DNA from: an uncultured Chloroflexia bacterium
Lineage (GTDB): Bacteria > Chloroflexota > Limnocylindria > Limnocylindrales > CSP1-4
DNA length: 64,000 bases
Reading direction: 5' to 3'
Assembly (NCBI GenBank): GCA_963752475.1
Contig: CAVVYR010000007.1
Location: 192,001-256,000, forward strand
The notes beneath the pieces are model-generated. The model was not told the origin of the DNA. It did not search any database and saw only the letters and a program-made list of their open reading frames with translations. Of this stretch, positions 51,310 through 63,361 are shown piece after piece; position 1 is the first letter of the stretch, and the number at the start of each line of letters is the position of its first letter. The translations under genes and the position numbers were made by a program.

Positions 51310-52209
51310 ATGACCCGAGATCGAAGTTGGCTAGCACTACTGAGCCTGACCCTCTCGCTACTGCTTGTAGCACCGCTGACCGTCGCAGCCCAGGAGGATT
51401 CGTTCGACTCTGACGGAGTGCCCATCGCCTACACGGACACCGGTGGTGATGGCGAGCCCGTCGTGCTGATCCACAGCTTCCTCAGCTCCTCGGACATGTG
51501 GACCAACGCCGGGTTCGAGCCGTCCGACGATCTCCGCTTCATCGCGCTCGATCTTCGTGGCCACGGTGACAGCGGGAAGCCAGAGGGCCCCGAGGCCTAC
51601 GGGCTCGAGGTAGTCGAAGACGTGGTTCGTCTCATGGACCACCTGGGGCTCGAGGATGCACACGTCGCCGGCTACTCGATCGGGGCGGAGGTCGCCCTCC
51701 GGCTGGCCGCCGAGCACCCCGAGCGGCTGCGCTCGCTCGTCGTTGCTGGCTCTGGCTGGTCGGATCCGGCCAAGGAAGGCGAAGTGTATTCCGGCGTGGC
51801 CATGGGCCTCGCGGCCAGCCCCACCATCCGCGACCTGGTCATGGCCGGCATGCCGGAGGACATCGAACAGGAGACGCTCGACTTCATGTTCGGGGTGATG
51901 GAGCAGCACGGCATCGACCTCGACTACGACGGCACCACCGGACTCGCCGGCGTGGCCGGATCGATGAGCGAGATCCTCGGCCTGACCGAGGAGGACATGG
52001 CCGCGATCGATGTCCCGGTCCTCGGCCTCGTGAACGAGAACGACAGCGAGCGCCCCAACATCGAGCGCATGGAGGGCGTGGTCCCGGACTTCGAGCTCGT
52101 GCTCATCCCAGCCGGCCCGACGGGCGAGTCCGACCTGGACCACCTGGGAACCACCACCGACCCGCTGTTCAAGAGCAGCATCATCGAGTTCCTGTCCGCG
52201 CAGGCATAG
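51310..52209 (+). CDS. secreted alpha/beta-fold hydrolase
   Basis: signal peptide; VVLIH, DLRGHGDS, GYSIG nucleophile elbow; GAGGAG RBS. Confidence 0.88.
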   Translation: MTRDRSWLALLSLTLSLLLVAPLTVAAQEDSFDSDGVPIAYTDTGGDGEPVVLIHSFLSSSDMWTNAGFEPSDDLRFIALDLRGHGDSGKPEGPEAYGLEVVEDVVRLMDHLGLEDAHVAGYSIGAEVALRLAAEHPERLRSLVVAGSGWSDPAKEGEVYSGVAMGLAASPTIRDLVMAGMPEDIEQETLDFMFGVMEQHGIDLDYDGTTGLAGVAGSMSEILGLTEEDMAAIDVPVLGLVNENDSERPNIERMEGVVPDFELVLIPAGPTGESDLDHLGTTTDPLFKSSIIEFLSAQA

Positions 52210-52352
52210 CGCCAGTAGCGGCTCGGCGAGGGCTTCGTGTCCGATGCGACGAGCCGAACCACAAACACCTCGAGGGGTGGCACGCCCGACTCTACAAGCG
52301 CGGACGTGCCCCTCGCGAGGTTGCAGCGACACGATGAAGGGAGGAACGAGCA

Positions 52353-52805
52353 ATGTCAGCTGAGGCGAACAAGGCGCTCGTGCGCCGGTTCATGCAGGCC
52401 TACAACGACCGGGAGATGGACATCTTCGAGGAGTTGGTGGCCGAGGACTACATCGACCACGTCTTCGAACAGACCGGGCGCGACGCCCTCAAGTCGCTGT
52501 TCACGATGGCTTTCGAAGGCTTCCCCGACTGGTACGAGGCCATCGAGGACATCATCGCCGAGGACGACCGGGTGTGGCTCCGCGTCAAGGCCACCGGAAC
52601 GCATACCGGCGACTGGGACCTGCTCGGCGTCAAGCTGCCGGCGACGGGCAAGAGCGTGGAGCTCAACATGGTCTTCATCTGGCGCATCGCCGATGGCCAG
52701 ATCGCCGAAGGCTGGGAACTGGACGACAACATGCCGTTCCTGCAGGCACTCGGCGTGGTGGACTACACCGAGTTCGGCAAGCCCCTCGAGGCGGTCTTCC
52801 GGTAG
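52353..52805 (+). CDS. SnoaL-like ester cyclase
   Basis: EANKALVRRF, FPDW...IEDIIAEDDRV, GTHTG..PATGKSV. Confidence 0.88.
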   Translation: MSAEANKALVRRFMQAYNDREMDIFEELVAEDYIDHVFEQTGRDALKSLFTMAFEGFPDWYEAIEDIIAEDDRVWLRVKATGTHTGDWDLLGVKLPATGKSVELNMVFIWRIADGQIAEGWELDDNMPFLQALGVVDYTEFGKPLEAVFR

Positions 52806-53052
52806 CACGGAGGCGGCGCGAGGCCGATCGCTCGTGACGGGCGGGCGAGTTCAGGTCCTGCCCTGACCGCGTGCACGCAAAGGCCCGAAGTCGCATGTGC
52901 GCGAACCGAGTCCGCGATCCCGATCGGCCGTAGTGCCTGGAACCCCTGGCATCCCATGTCCATCGCTGCGTCAACTTCGTGGGCACAGGGCGTGTCATCT
53001 TGATGTCCAGCTGACACCGCACGGCGATGGACTCGGCGCTCACGCCGGGGGC

Positions 53053-53166
53053 TGTCAACCCCTTTGTCAACCCCTTGGGGGCCGAAAGTGTCGGTTTCTC
53101 TCCTTGTCAACCCCTTTGTCAACCCCTAACATGGAGTTCTAGCGCCTTGTCAAGACTTGACAAGGC
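53053..53166. repeat. array of TGTCAA/TTGACA hexamers upstream of dnaG
   Basis: TGTCAACCCCTTTGTCAACCCCT at 53053 and 53105; perfect palindrome GCCTTGTCAAG-A-CTTGACAAGGC at 53144-53166. Confidence 0.85.
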
Positions 53167-53289
53167 CACTGGTATGTCCGCCACATCCTGCGCTGGCGGA
53201 TGAGGACTCGGGGCGGGTCGACCCGCTGGTGAGGGTCGGAACCGGGATTCAGCCGCAAGGCGGACACGAGAGCAAGAGGCATTCCCTAG

Positions 53290-55234
53290 TTGTCAGTCGG
53301 CGTCGCCGCAACCATCAAGGAGAAGCTGGACATCGTCGAGATCGTCGGCGAGACCGTCCAGCTCAAGAAGGCCGGGACCATCTTCAAGGGTCTCTGCCCC
53401 TTCCATGGCGAGAAGACACCCTCGTTCACGGTCACGCCCACGCGTGAGCGTTGGCATTGCTTCGGCTGTGGTCGAGGCGGGGATATCTTCAACTTCGTCA
53501 TGGAGCGGGACGGCGTGGATTTCCCCACGGCGCTTCGGTCGCTGGCGGGGCGAGCCGGCGTGGAGCTCAGCGAGCGCACGACCCGCGAGGATGCTCAGCG
53601 CAAGCGCATCCGTGACGCCCTCGACGGTGCCATCGCCTTCTACCACACGGTCCTGACCAGCCATCCTTCGGGCAAGCCCGCGCTCGACTACCTGCACGAT
53701 CGCGGCTTCACCGACGAGACCATCGAGACGTTCCGCCTCGGCTGGGCGCCAGATGCCTGGGACGCCATGAACACCGCCGTCCGCCGCAAGCGCCAGGTCG
53801 CCGAACAGGACCTCGAAGCTGCCGGTCTCATCAGCCGACGCCGCTCCGGCCGCGGCTTCTACGACCGCTTCCGGGCGCGCGTCATCTTCCCCATCCGCGA
53901 CGCCAGCGGCGGAGCCACGGGCATGACCGGCCGCATCCTCGGCGCGCAGGGCCCGGACACCGGCCCCAAGTACCTCAACACACCCCAGACGCCGCTCTTC
54001 GACAAGGGCCGCACGCTCTTCCTCATCGACAAGGCCAAGACCGCCATCCGCAAGGCCGGCGTGGCCGTCCTCGTGGAGGGCAACACCGACGCGCTGATGG
54101 CCCACCAGTCGGGTTTCGAGAACGTGGTCTGCTCCATGGGCACCGCTCTCACCGCGGGCCAGGTGGAGCTGCTCACGCGCTATGCCCCACGCATCGCGCT
54201 GGCCTATGACGTCGACGCGGCAGGGCAGGGGGCTGCCGCCTTCGGTGCTACCGAGCTGACCGCGCTCGTAGGCGAGATCGAGCGTTCTCCATACCGCGGC
54301 CGACTGACCGATGTCGATGTCGTCCGCCTCCCGGACGACCGAGATCCCGATGAGATCATCCGCGACGATCCCGATACCTGGCGGGCGGCCACCGAGGACC
54401 CCCAGCCGATCATGGAGTTCCTCATCGATCGCGCCGCTAGCCGCCACGACCCGTCCTCGGTGGGTGGCCGAGAGAAGCTCGTGGCGGAGGTGCTGCCCAC
54501 GCTACGCACCATCGGCGACCCCGTCCGTCGCGATGGCTATCTACAGTTGCTGGCCCGCCGCTCGGGCGTAGAGGAGCGCACGCTGCTGGAGGCGCTCCGG
54601 CGCCGCGAGGAGCCGCTCCCCGGTGGCGCTCGCGACCAGGCGCATGTCGGCTCGCGCATCAACCTCGAGGCCGTCATGGCCCAGCCTGACGCGCTCGATC
54701 CTCGCGCGGTGGAGCGTGCCGTCGAGCCCGCCGAGGCCGCACTCCTTCGCCTGCTGATGCGCTACCCCAGCCGCTATCATGCGACCGCCGAGAAGATCGA
54801 CGGTGACCCCTTCGTGACCACTCCGGCTCGCGAGCTCTGGAAGGCCTTCTCCGCGAAGGTCACCCAGGACGGCTCCGACCACTTCGAGCTCAAGGCCTTC
54901 ATCGAGGCCCTCGAGCCGACCACGCGCACGGTGGCGCAGACGCTCATCGCCCAAACCTCTCCGCTGCCCGATGACGAGGCCTATATCCAACAGGCCATCG
55001 ATCAGAGCCTGCTGACCCTGGAGCGGGCGCGACTCGCGGAGCAGATCGAATACACCCGCGCCCGCCTCGCGGAGGCGGAGGCGGCGCATGACGAAGCCGA
55101 GCTCGAACGGCTCCAGCGTGAGGTCCTCGACCTTCAACGCCGCCGGCTCGAGCTCGACCGAGCGGTCGACGATTCGTCGCTGCTCGCCCGAAGACGGATC
55201 AACCCCAAACAAGCGGATCAATTGGAGGTAGCAC

Positions 55235-55245
<11 letters not shown>
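53290..55245 (+). CDS. dnaG: DNA primase
   Basis: CPFH.EKTPSF..CFGC Zn finger, DRFR.RVIFPI, KYLNTP, VEG..D Toprim, YDVD.AG, DPD. Confidence 0.96.
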
Positions 55246-57097
<1,852 letters not shown>

Positions 57098-57106
57098 TCC
57101 TGCTGC

Positions 57107-57132
57107 GGCCGGTGCCCCTCCGGGCGCCGGCC
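57107..57132 (+). terminator. GC-rich stem-loop after rpoD
   Basis: GGCCGGTGCCC-ctcc-GGGCGCCGGCC; no U-tract. Confidence 0.45.
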
Positions 57133-57457
57133 ACCATCCCCGAACGATCCGCTCCGAGGCCGGCCCCTCCCACTGGGCCGGTCTCGCTGTTTCCCGCAGC
57201 CCGGCACCACGTGTGCCGTGACACCCTGCGAAACCGACCACGGGCCACACGCCGTTGGCATGCGCCCCGCCCAGCCCAGCCTCGCCCCGCCCATTTCTGG
57301 TGTGCACCCAGCGTGCAACCTCGAGTCAGCTGCACGCGTTCTGGTCGATCCTGCCCGCGCCGCGCACACTGATGACACTGCTGCTCATCCCGCGTGCGCG
57401 ACCGACACGAATCGGTGCAGCGCGGTCGAGATTGCCCACTCCCGGCACAGCGGCTTC

Positions 57458-58111
57458 CTACAACAGGATGATCGCGTTGCCTCCGGGATCGCGGCCCGCG
57501 GCCAGGCACCTCAGGGCCGTGCCGCCATCGACCGGGAACCCAGCCCGGAAGTCGGCACCCGCAGCGCGAAGGAACGCCCGGTTGTGGCGCGTGTCGGCCA
57601 GCAGGAGGATCACCTGGTCGACGCCGCCGTCACGTTGCTTGGCGTTGAGGCGTCGCTGCAACTCCTGGCTGTCCTGGGCACGTGTCTCTGCCTCCACCCC
57701 GATGCGAACGCCAGGAAGGCGAACCAGCGCGTCCCATGCTCGCTTGTCACCGGGATTCGGAAGCGGCACCTCGGTCGTCCACCGAGCGCCCGCTGCCAGA
57801 TGGACTCGCAACCGCTCGAGCAATCGGACGTGAGCCTCGTCGCGTAGCACTCGGCCACCGGGATATGCCTTGATGCGGAGGTCGAGGCCGACGACCGCGG
57901 CAGCGCGAGCGATGTCGATGACCTTTGTGCCGTGCACCTTTCCGTGCTCCAACCGGCTCCAGGTCGAGTGAGAGATGCCCGCTGCAGCGCCGGCCACCGT
58001 CTGGCTCAGGTCGTGGTTCAGCCTGGCGAGGCGTAGCTCTCGGCCGATCTCAGCAAGGTCTCGGAGCGCCACGCGCTCGGCGCGGTTGGTGTGCTTCTCG
58101 TGGGCGGGCAT
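57458..58111 (-). CDS. XRE-family HTH protein fused to a PD-(D/E)XK-like (DUF559/Vsr-like) domain
   Basis: LRLARL..DLSQ..AGAAAGIS.STWSRLEHG; C-domain EVPL..RAWDAL...IGVEAET. Confidence 0.75.
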   Translation of the reverse strand: MPAHEKHTNRAERVALRDLAEIGRELRLARLNHDLSQTVAGAAAGISHSTWSRLEHGKVHGTKVIDIARAAAVVGLDLRIKAYPGGRVLRDEAHVRLLERLRVHLAAGARWTTEVPLPNPGDKRAWDALVRLPGVRIGVEAETRAQDSQELQRRLNAKQRDGGVDQVILLLADTRHNRAFLRAAGADFRAGFPVDGGTALRCLAAGRDPGGNAIILL

Positions 58112-58158
58112 GGTGGCACGGTGCCACCGAACGGCCTACTGCCACTTATGCTCGGCTT

Positions 58159-58794
58159 ATGCCCGACATCCGCTATCCCAGCCACGAGGACCTCACGCGT
58201 TTCACAGCGGATCGCAACGGGTTCATCGGCCGTCTCCTGGACGTCATCGAGCATGACATCGTGCCGCTCACCCGCCGAGGAGTCGAGGAGGGCAACAAGA
58301 TCTTCGGGGGCGCCGTCCTGCGCAAGGATGACCTGAGCACCGTCGTGGCCGTGACCAATCGCGAGACTGCCAACCCGCTGAACCATGGCGAGATCGCCAC
58401 CATCAACGCCTTCTACGACATCCCCGCAGCCGACCGCCCAGCCGCAGCCGACACCATCTTCCTCAGTACCCACGAGCCCTGCCCGCTGTGCCTCGGTGGC
58501 ATCACCTGGGGCGGCTGGGACAACTTCTTCTACCTCTTCAGCTACGAAGACACCATGGACGCGTTCGCCATCCCGCACGACATCCGCCTCAACGAGGAGA
58601 TCTGGCGCGTCGCGAATGGTGAGTACGACCACAAGAACCGCTACTGGTGTGCCTGGCACATCCGACAGCTCATCGCCGACGCGGCCGATCCAGCCCTCCA
58701 GGCCCGGGCCGACCGACTGACCGAGGCCTACGCCGAGCTCAGCGCCACCTATCAGCGGACGAAGGGTACGGGCGCCGAGATCCCGCTGCCCTAG
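58159..58794 (+). CDS. nucleoside/nucleobase deaminase (CDA superfamily)
   Basis: GNKIFGGAVL, HGE and EPCPLC Zn-binding motifs. Confidence 0.88.
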   Translation: MPDIRYPSHEDLTRFTADRNGFIGRLLDVIEHDIVPLTRRGVEEGNKIFGGAVLRKDDLSTVVAVTNRETANPLNHGEIATINAFYDIPAADRPAAADTIFLSTHEPCPLCLGGITWGGWDNFFYLFSYEDTMDAFAIPHDIRLNEEIWRVANGEYDHKNRYWCAWHIRQLIADAADPALQARADRLTEAYAELSATYQRTKGTGAEIPLP

Positions 58795-59477
58795 CCGGCC
58801 GCCTTGATCCGTTCGAGGCTGTCGAGGATGGCGTCGAGCGCAACCTCGAAGTCGGTCCCGATGTCGATCGTGCCGGACGCCGAGAGCCGCGCGATGCCGA
58901 CGAGGTTCGGGAACTCCGACTCGTCGGTCCGATCGACGAACGCCTCGGCCAGCTCCCACTCTCGGTCGCTCGTCTCCGGTGGCCACGCCACCCACGACAC
59001 CTCCTGCAACGTGAAGCCGTAGACGAACGAGTCGAGGGTCAGGTTCGCGCGGTAGGCTCCCAGCTCACTGAAGCCGGCCTCGCGCAGGACCCCCAGCAGC
59101 GAGTCGTAATAGCGCATGCGCACCGGACCCGTACGCACACGTGACTCGGCCAGGGCTGCGGTCCACGGATGACGCAGTAGCACTTCGTGCTGGGCCATCA
59201 CACATCCGCGGAGCACGGCCCGCCAGTCGTCGCCGGGCATCGACCCGGGATCGGCGAACTCCGCGGTGACCGCATCCACGATGCCGTCAAGCAGGTCGTC
59301 CTTGTTGGCCACGTGGTTGTACAGCGACATCGCCTCCACGCCCAGCGCGCTCCCGAGCCGACGCATCGAAAGCGCTTCCAGCCCGTCGCGGTCGGCCAGT
59401 TCCACCGCGGCCTGGAGCACACGCTCACGGCTCAGCGGCTTGCGGGTCTTGCTCGGTCGCTTCCTGGTCGTAGCCAT
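58791..59477 (-). CDS. TetR/AcrR family regulator (TetR_C type)
   Basis: LSRERVLQAAVELAD..GL.ALSMRRLG..LGVEAMSLYNHV.NK. Confidence 0.93.
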   Translation of the reverse strand: MATTRKRPSKTRKPLSRERVLQAAVELADRDGLEALSMRRLGSALGVEAMSLYNHVANKDDLLDGIVDAVTAEFADPGSMPGDDWRAVLRGCVMAQHEVLLRHPWTAALAESRVRTGPVRMRYYDSLLGVLREAGFSELGAYRANLTLDSFVYGFTLQEVSWVAWPPETSDREWELAEAFVDRTDESEFPNLVGIARLSASGTIDIGTDFEVALDAILDSLERIKAAG

Positions 59478-59499
59478 CGCCCCCTCGCGAGATTCGGTG

Positions 59500-59565
59500 T
59501 TGACAGACTTACAGTGTAGACGATACGGTACTTACATCGTACACTTACGTTGTACGTACATCGTA
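59500..59565. promoter_or_regulatory. divergent promoter region with four TAC-N3-GTA operator boxes
   Basis: TTGACA at 59500; TACAGTGTA 59510, TACATCGTA 59533, TACGTTGTA 59546, TACATCGTA 59557. Confidence 0.65.
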
Positions 59566-59580
59566 CCACGAGGGACAGTC

Positions 59581-60534
59581 ATGAAGGCCATCATCAGAGA
59601 CCGCTTCGGTAGCCCGGACGTGCTCGAGCTTCGAGACGTCGAACGGCCAACGATCGAGCGTGACGAGATGCTCGTCCGCGTCCACGCCTCCACCGTCGCC
59701 ATCGGCGACTGGTTCTGGCTCACGGGCACGCCGCGCATCATGCGCATGGCATCGGGCATCTTCCGCCCGCGCGACCCGATCCTCGGGCGCGACGTGGCCG
59801 GCGTCGTCGAAGCCACAGGCAACGGCGTCACCGACTTCGTACCGGGCGACCAGGTCTTCGGCGAGATCCCCAACGGCGCGCACGCCGAGTACATCGCCGC
59901 TCCGGCCGAGCTCTTCGCTCGCAAGCCGGCCGAGCTTTCGTTCGAGGAAGCCGCCGCCGTTCCGATCGCCGGCGTGACCGCGCTACAGGGACTGCGCGAC
60001 AGCGGCCGCATCAAGCCCGGCCAGCGCGTGCTCATCAATGGCGCTTCGGGTGCCGTCGGCACCTTCGCGGTCCAGATCGCCAAGTCCTATGGCGCGGACG
60101 TCACTGCCGTCTGCGGTACCGACAGCGCTGATCTCGTGCGCGAGCTCGGAGCCGATCACGTCATCGACTACCGGACGACGGACTTCACGGCCGGCACGGA
60201 GCGCTACGACCTCATCTTCGACCTCGCCGGCAGCCAGCCCATCGGCCGCTGCCGCAAGGTCCTCACGCCGACCGGCATATACGTCGCCTCGACCAGCAAC
60301 CTCAGCGTGCTGCTGCGCGCGGTGCTGGCCTCGTTGGTGTCTGGCGGCCAGGTGGTCATGCACTCGGCCAAGGAGTCCCAGGCCGACCTCGAGTTCCTGT
60401 GCGGCCTCATCGAGAAGGGCGCCATCACCCCCGTCATCGACCGCCGCTACGAGCTGGCCCAGGTCCCTGACGCCTTCCGGGACCAGGGTGCCGGTCACGC
60501 CCGCGGTCGGAAGGTCATCACCGTCGCCGCCTGA
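59581..60534 (+). CDS. MDR/quinone-oxidoreductase-like NAD(P)-dependent dehydrogenase (copy 1)
   Basis: FGSPDVL, G.DVAG.V, INGASGAVGTFAVQIAK, GADHVIDY, PVIDR.Y. Confidence 0.9.
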   Translation: MKAIIRDRFGSPDVLELRDVERPTIERDEMLVRVHASTVAIGDWFWLTGTPRIMRMASGIFRPRDPILGRDVAGVVEATGNGVTDFVPGDQVFGEIPNGAHAEYIAAPAELFARKPAELSFEEAAAVPIAGVTALQGLRDSGRIKPGQRVLINGASGAVGTFAVQIAKSYGADVTAVCGTDSADLVRELGADHVIDYRTTDFTAGTERYDLIFDLAGSQPIGRCRKVLTPTGIYVASTSNLSVLLRAVLASLVSGGQVVMHSAKESQADLEFLCGLIEKGAITPVIDRRYELAQVPDAFRDQGAGHARGRKVITVAA

Positions 60535-60563
60535 GCGGCCGAAACGCAGAGAGGAGCCCCACC

Positions 60564-61556
60564 ATGAAGGCTGTCACCTACCACCGCTACGGCGCGCCCG
60601 ATGTCGTCGGCATCGAGGAAGTCCCGACCCCCAGCCCCGTCGAGGGCGAGATCCTCATCCGCATCCACGCCGGCGTCGTGACCCCGTCCGACGGCGCTGC
60701 GCGCAAGGGCGAACCCTTCCTCATCCGCCTCATGGGTGGCATCCGGCGCCCCAGGCAGCCCATCCTCGGCTCCGAGATCGCCGGCGAGGTCGCCGCGGTC
60801 GGGGGAGCGGTCACTCGCTTCAAGGTGGGCGACCGAGTGATGGCGGCGACCGGCGACACCTACGGTGGTCATGCCGAGTACGTGGTCCTGGCCGAAGACG
60901 CCGCGGTCGAGCACATGCCCAAGGGTGCGACCTGGGAGCAGGGCGTGGCCCTGGCCGAGGGACCCGCGACGGCGATGCCGTTCCTGCGCGACCACGGGCA
61001 CGTCCAGCCCGGCATGCATGTGCTCATCAACGGTGGCTCGGGCTCGGTCGGATCGGCGGCCATCCAGCTGGCCAAGCACCTCGGCGCCGAGGTCACCGGC
61101 GTCGCCAGCACCCCCAATCTGACCTTGATGCGCGAGCTCGGCGCCGACCACGTGGTCGACTACACGCAGGCTGACTTCACCGCCGTGCGCGACCGCTACG
61201 ACGTGGTCTTCGATGTCGCCGGGAAGTCGAGCTTCGGTGCCGTCAAGGGCGCGCTCCGTGATGGCGGGGTCTACCTCGATACCTACCCTTCGCTGAACAC
61301 CGTCTGGCACCAGCTGGTGACGTCGCGACTCGGCTCGAAGAAAGCCGTCTTCGCCGCGACCGGACTGCGCAAGCCCGAGCAGAAGCGGCCCGATCTGGAG
61401 CTCTTCCGCGAACTCTTCGAGTCCGGTGGCCTCACGGCGGTCATCGACCGCACCTTCCCGATGGAGCAGGCGGCACAGGCGCACGCCTACGTCGACACCG
61501 GCCACAAGACCGGCAACGTCGTCCTCCACTTGTCCGGCGAGGGGAGCGGTGCCTAG
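60564..61556 (+). CDS. MDR/quinone-oxidoreductase-like NAD(P)-dependent dehydrogenase (copy 2)
   Basis: YGAPDVV, INGGSGSVGSAAIQLAK, GADHVVDY, GHKTGNVV. Confidence 0.9.
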   Translation: MKAVTYHRYGAPDVVGIEEVPTPSPVEGEILIRIHAGVVTPSDGAARKGEPFLIRLMGGIRRPRQPILGSEIAGEVAAVGGAVTRFKVGDRVMAATGDTYGGHAEYVVLAEDAAVEHMPKGATWEQGVALAEGPATAMPFLRDHGHVQPGMHVLINGGSGSVGSAAIQLAKHLGAEVTGVASTPNLTLMRELGADHVVDYTQADFTAVRDRYDVVFDVAGKSSFGAVKGALRDGGVYLDTYPSLNTVWHQLVTSRLGSKKAVFAATGLRKPEQKRPDLELFRELFESGGLTAVIDRTFPMEQAAQAHAYVDTGHKTGNVVLHLSGEGSGA

Positions 61557-62132
61557 TCAGCTCTCGGCGTAGATGTCCGCCGTGGGCCGCTCGCGCTCGT
61601 CATCGTCGGCGGAGAACATCTCCGCTTCCTTCCAGCCGAAGAGCGGCCGAAGGAGCGCGCCAGGGATCGTCGTGATGGCCACGTTGTACTGGAACACCTG
61701 GTTGTTGAAGAGCTCTCGGCGTCGTGCGATGAGCGTCTCCAGTCGCTCGATCTCCTCCTGCAGCGCCATCACGTTCGCGTGCGACTTGAGCTCGGGGTAG
61801 TTCTCGACGGTCGCGAACAGCGAGCGGACGGCTGACGTGGTCTCCTCCGAAACCACCGCCTTGTCGTGGATCGAGGCTTCGGGCTCGTACGCCGCGCGCG
61901 CCTGCGTGACCCGCTCCAGCACCTGCTCTTCGAAGGCCATCACGCCGCGGACCGCGGCCACCAGGTTGGGCAGCTGGTCGTGGCGCTGCGTGAGCGCGAC
62001 ATCGATGTTGGCCCAGGCCCGCCGGCAGCGTCGCTGAAGCGAGATGACGTTGTTGTAGGTCACGACGGCAAGGAAGGCGGCGAGCACGATCGCCAGCACG
62101 ACCCCCACCGTCACCGCCAACTGCATCGCCAT
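61557..62132 (-). CDS. lemA: LemA family protein
   Basis: N-terminal TM, YN, AWANIDV.L.QRHD.LPNLV, ENYPELK, RRELFN..V..YN. Confidence 0.92.
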   Translation of the reverse strand: MAMQLAVTVGVVLAIVLAAFLAVVTYNNVISLQRRCRRAWANIDVALTQRHDQLPNLVAAVRGVMAFEEQVLERVTQARAAYEPEASIHDKAVVSEETTSAVRSLFATVENYPELKSHANVMALQEEIERLETLIARRRELFNNQVFQYNVAITTIPGALLRPLFGWKEAEMFSADDDERERPTADIYAES

Positions 62133-62134
62133 CG

Positions 62135-63235
62135 CTACAGGCTACCCGTCAGCATGGCCACGAGTGCGAAGGTGCTGATCGCGGCCATGACGGCACCGAC
62201 GACGCCCAGCAGGAACGCCTCGTCGTGGTGCTCCGTGGCTTGCTGTGGCGCGCCCAGATAGATGGCCATGCCGCCGGTGAGGCCGCGCGAGAGGACCAAC
62301 TCCTCGTCGGGGATGTCGTACTTCTCGAGGGCTTCCCGGTGCACGCTCGGGTCCTGGGGTACGTCTGGCTGGCTCGCCTTGGGGTCGAGCTCCGGTCTGG
62401 CCGTGGGTTCGCCGATGCCGAAGCCGGGGATGGCCGCGTTGCCCCAGGCCTCCTCCGGGCTCGAAGCCAGGATGCCCATCTCCCGCGCCCAGGCGAGGTC
62501 GCCGGCGATGTCGCGTTCGATGTTGTCGCTCGGATTCGAGGTCATCACGACTTCCTGCACTTCGCCCCAGGGCCAGGCTTGGCCGAGGACCGTCACGGTC
62601 TGTCCGGGCTCGAGGCGCGACTCGCGATAGCGTCGACCCTCGCGCTTGGTCGAAGCCAGGAAGCTGCCGCCACCTTCGTCCCATTCGCCCGAAGGGTTCG
62701 AGGTCGCCGGCCGCTGGACGGTGAGCAGCGCCTGCGCCGCGGCCTCACGCTCGAGCTCGGTCATCTCCGACGGGTCCTGGTCGAAGTCCGCATAACGCGC
62801 ACCCGTGCGGCGCTTCAGGCCGGGCGGCTCGGCACCGGTCCAGCTGGTGGACTCGTCGAAGGCCTGGCGGATCTCCCATCGCGCACCACGCGGCACGACC
62901 CTGATGCCGCCGTGCTCGTCCTTGATACGGAACTCCCGCGACTGCTCCTCGGCAAGCAGCACGCGGCTGTTGTCGCCGGTCGTCTCCACCTTCGCCCGGT
63001 ACCAGACACAGGGCACCGACTGGAGGGGCGAGACGAGCGTTCCGTTGATGGGTTCGACCACCCCGCTCACGCGGACTTCGCCCGCGGCGATGCCGTCGAG
63101 CGTAGAGGTGGCGACCGACGAGATGAGCCGGTCGCGCCGGTAGGCCAGCAGCCCCCGCGCGAACAGCACGATCCCGCCTACGAGCCCGATCGCCGGGAAC
63201 AGCAGGACGGGCCCGAATTCGGTGAATCCGATCAC
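62135..63235 (-). CDS. GIDE-domain-like membrane protein paired with LemA
   Basis: N- and C-terminal TM; GEVRVSG, SPL....CVWY, F.I.DE.G, RYRESRLEPG..VTVLG. Confidence 0.7.
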   Translation of the reverse strand: MIGFTEFGPVLLFPAIGLVGGIVLFARGLLAYRRDRLISSVATSTLDGIAAGEVRVSGVVEPINGTLVSPLQSVPCVWYRAKVETTGDNSRVLLAEEQSREFRIKDEHGGIRVVPRGARWEIRQAFDESTSWTGAEPPGLKRRTGARYADFDQDPSEMTELEREAAAQALLTVQRPATSNPSGEWDEGGGSFLASTKREGRRYRESRLEPGQTVTVLGQAWPWGEVQEVVMTSNPSDNIERDIAGDLAWAREMGILASSPEEAWGNAAIPGFGIGEPTARPELDPKASQPDVPQDPSVHREALEKYDIPDEELVLSRGLTGGMAIYLGAPQQATEHHDEAFLLGVVGAVMAAISTFALVAMLTGSL

Positions 63236-63361
63236 GCCGGCATGCTACTGGCGCGCGCACGCACCAGGGAAGGGGTTCGGAAGTACCGCCGATGGGAGGG
63301 TCTGGATGGAGGTGCTATCCTTCTCCGACACGACGATTCGTGGCTGTTTCATCGTGAGCGA

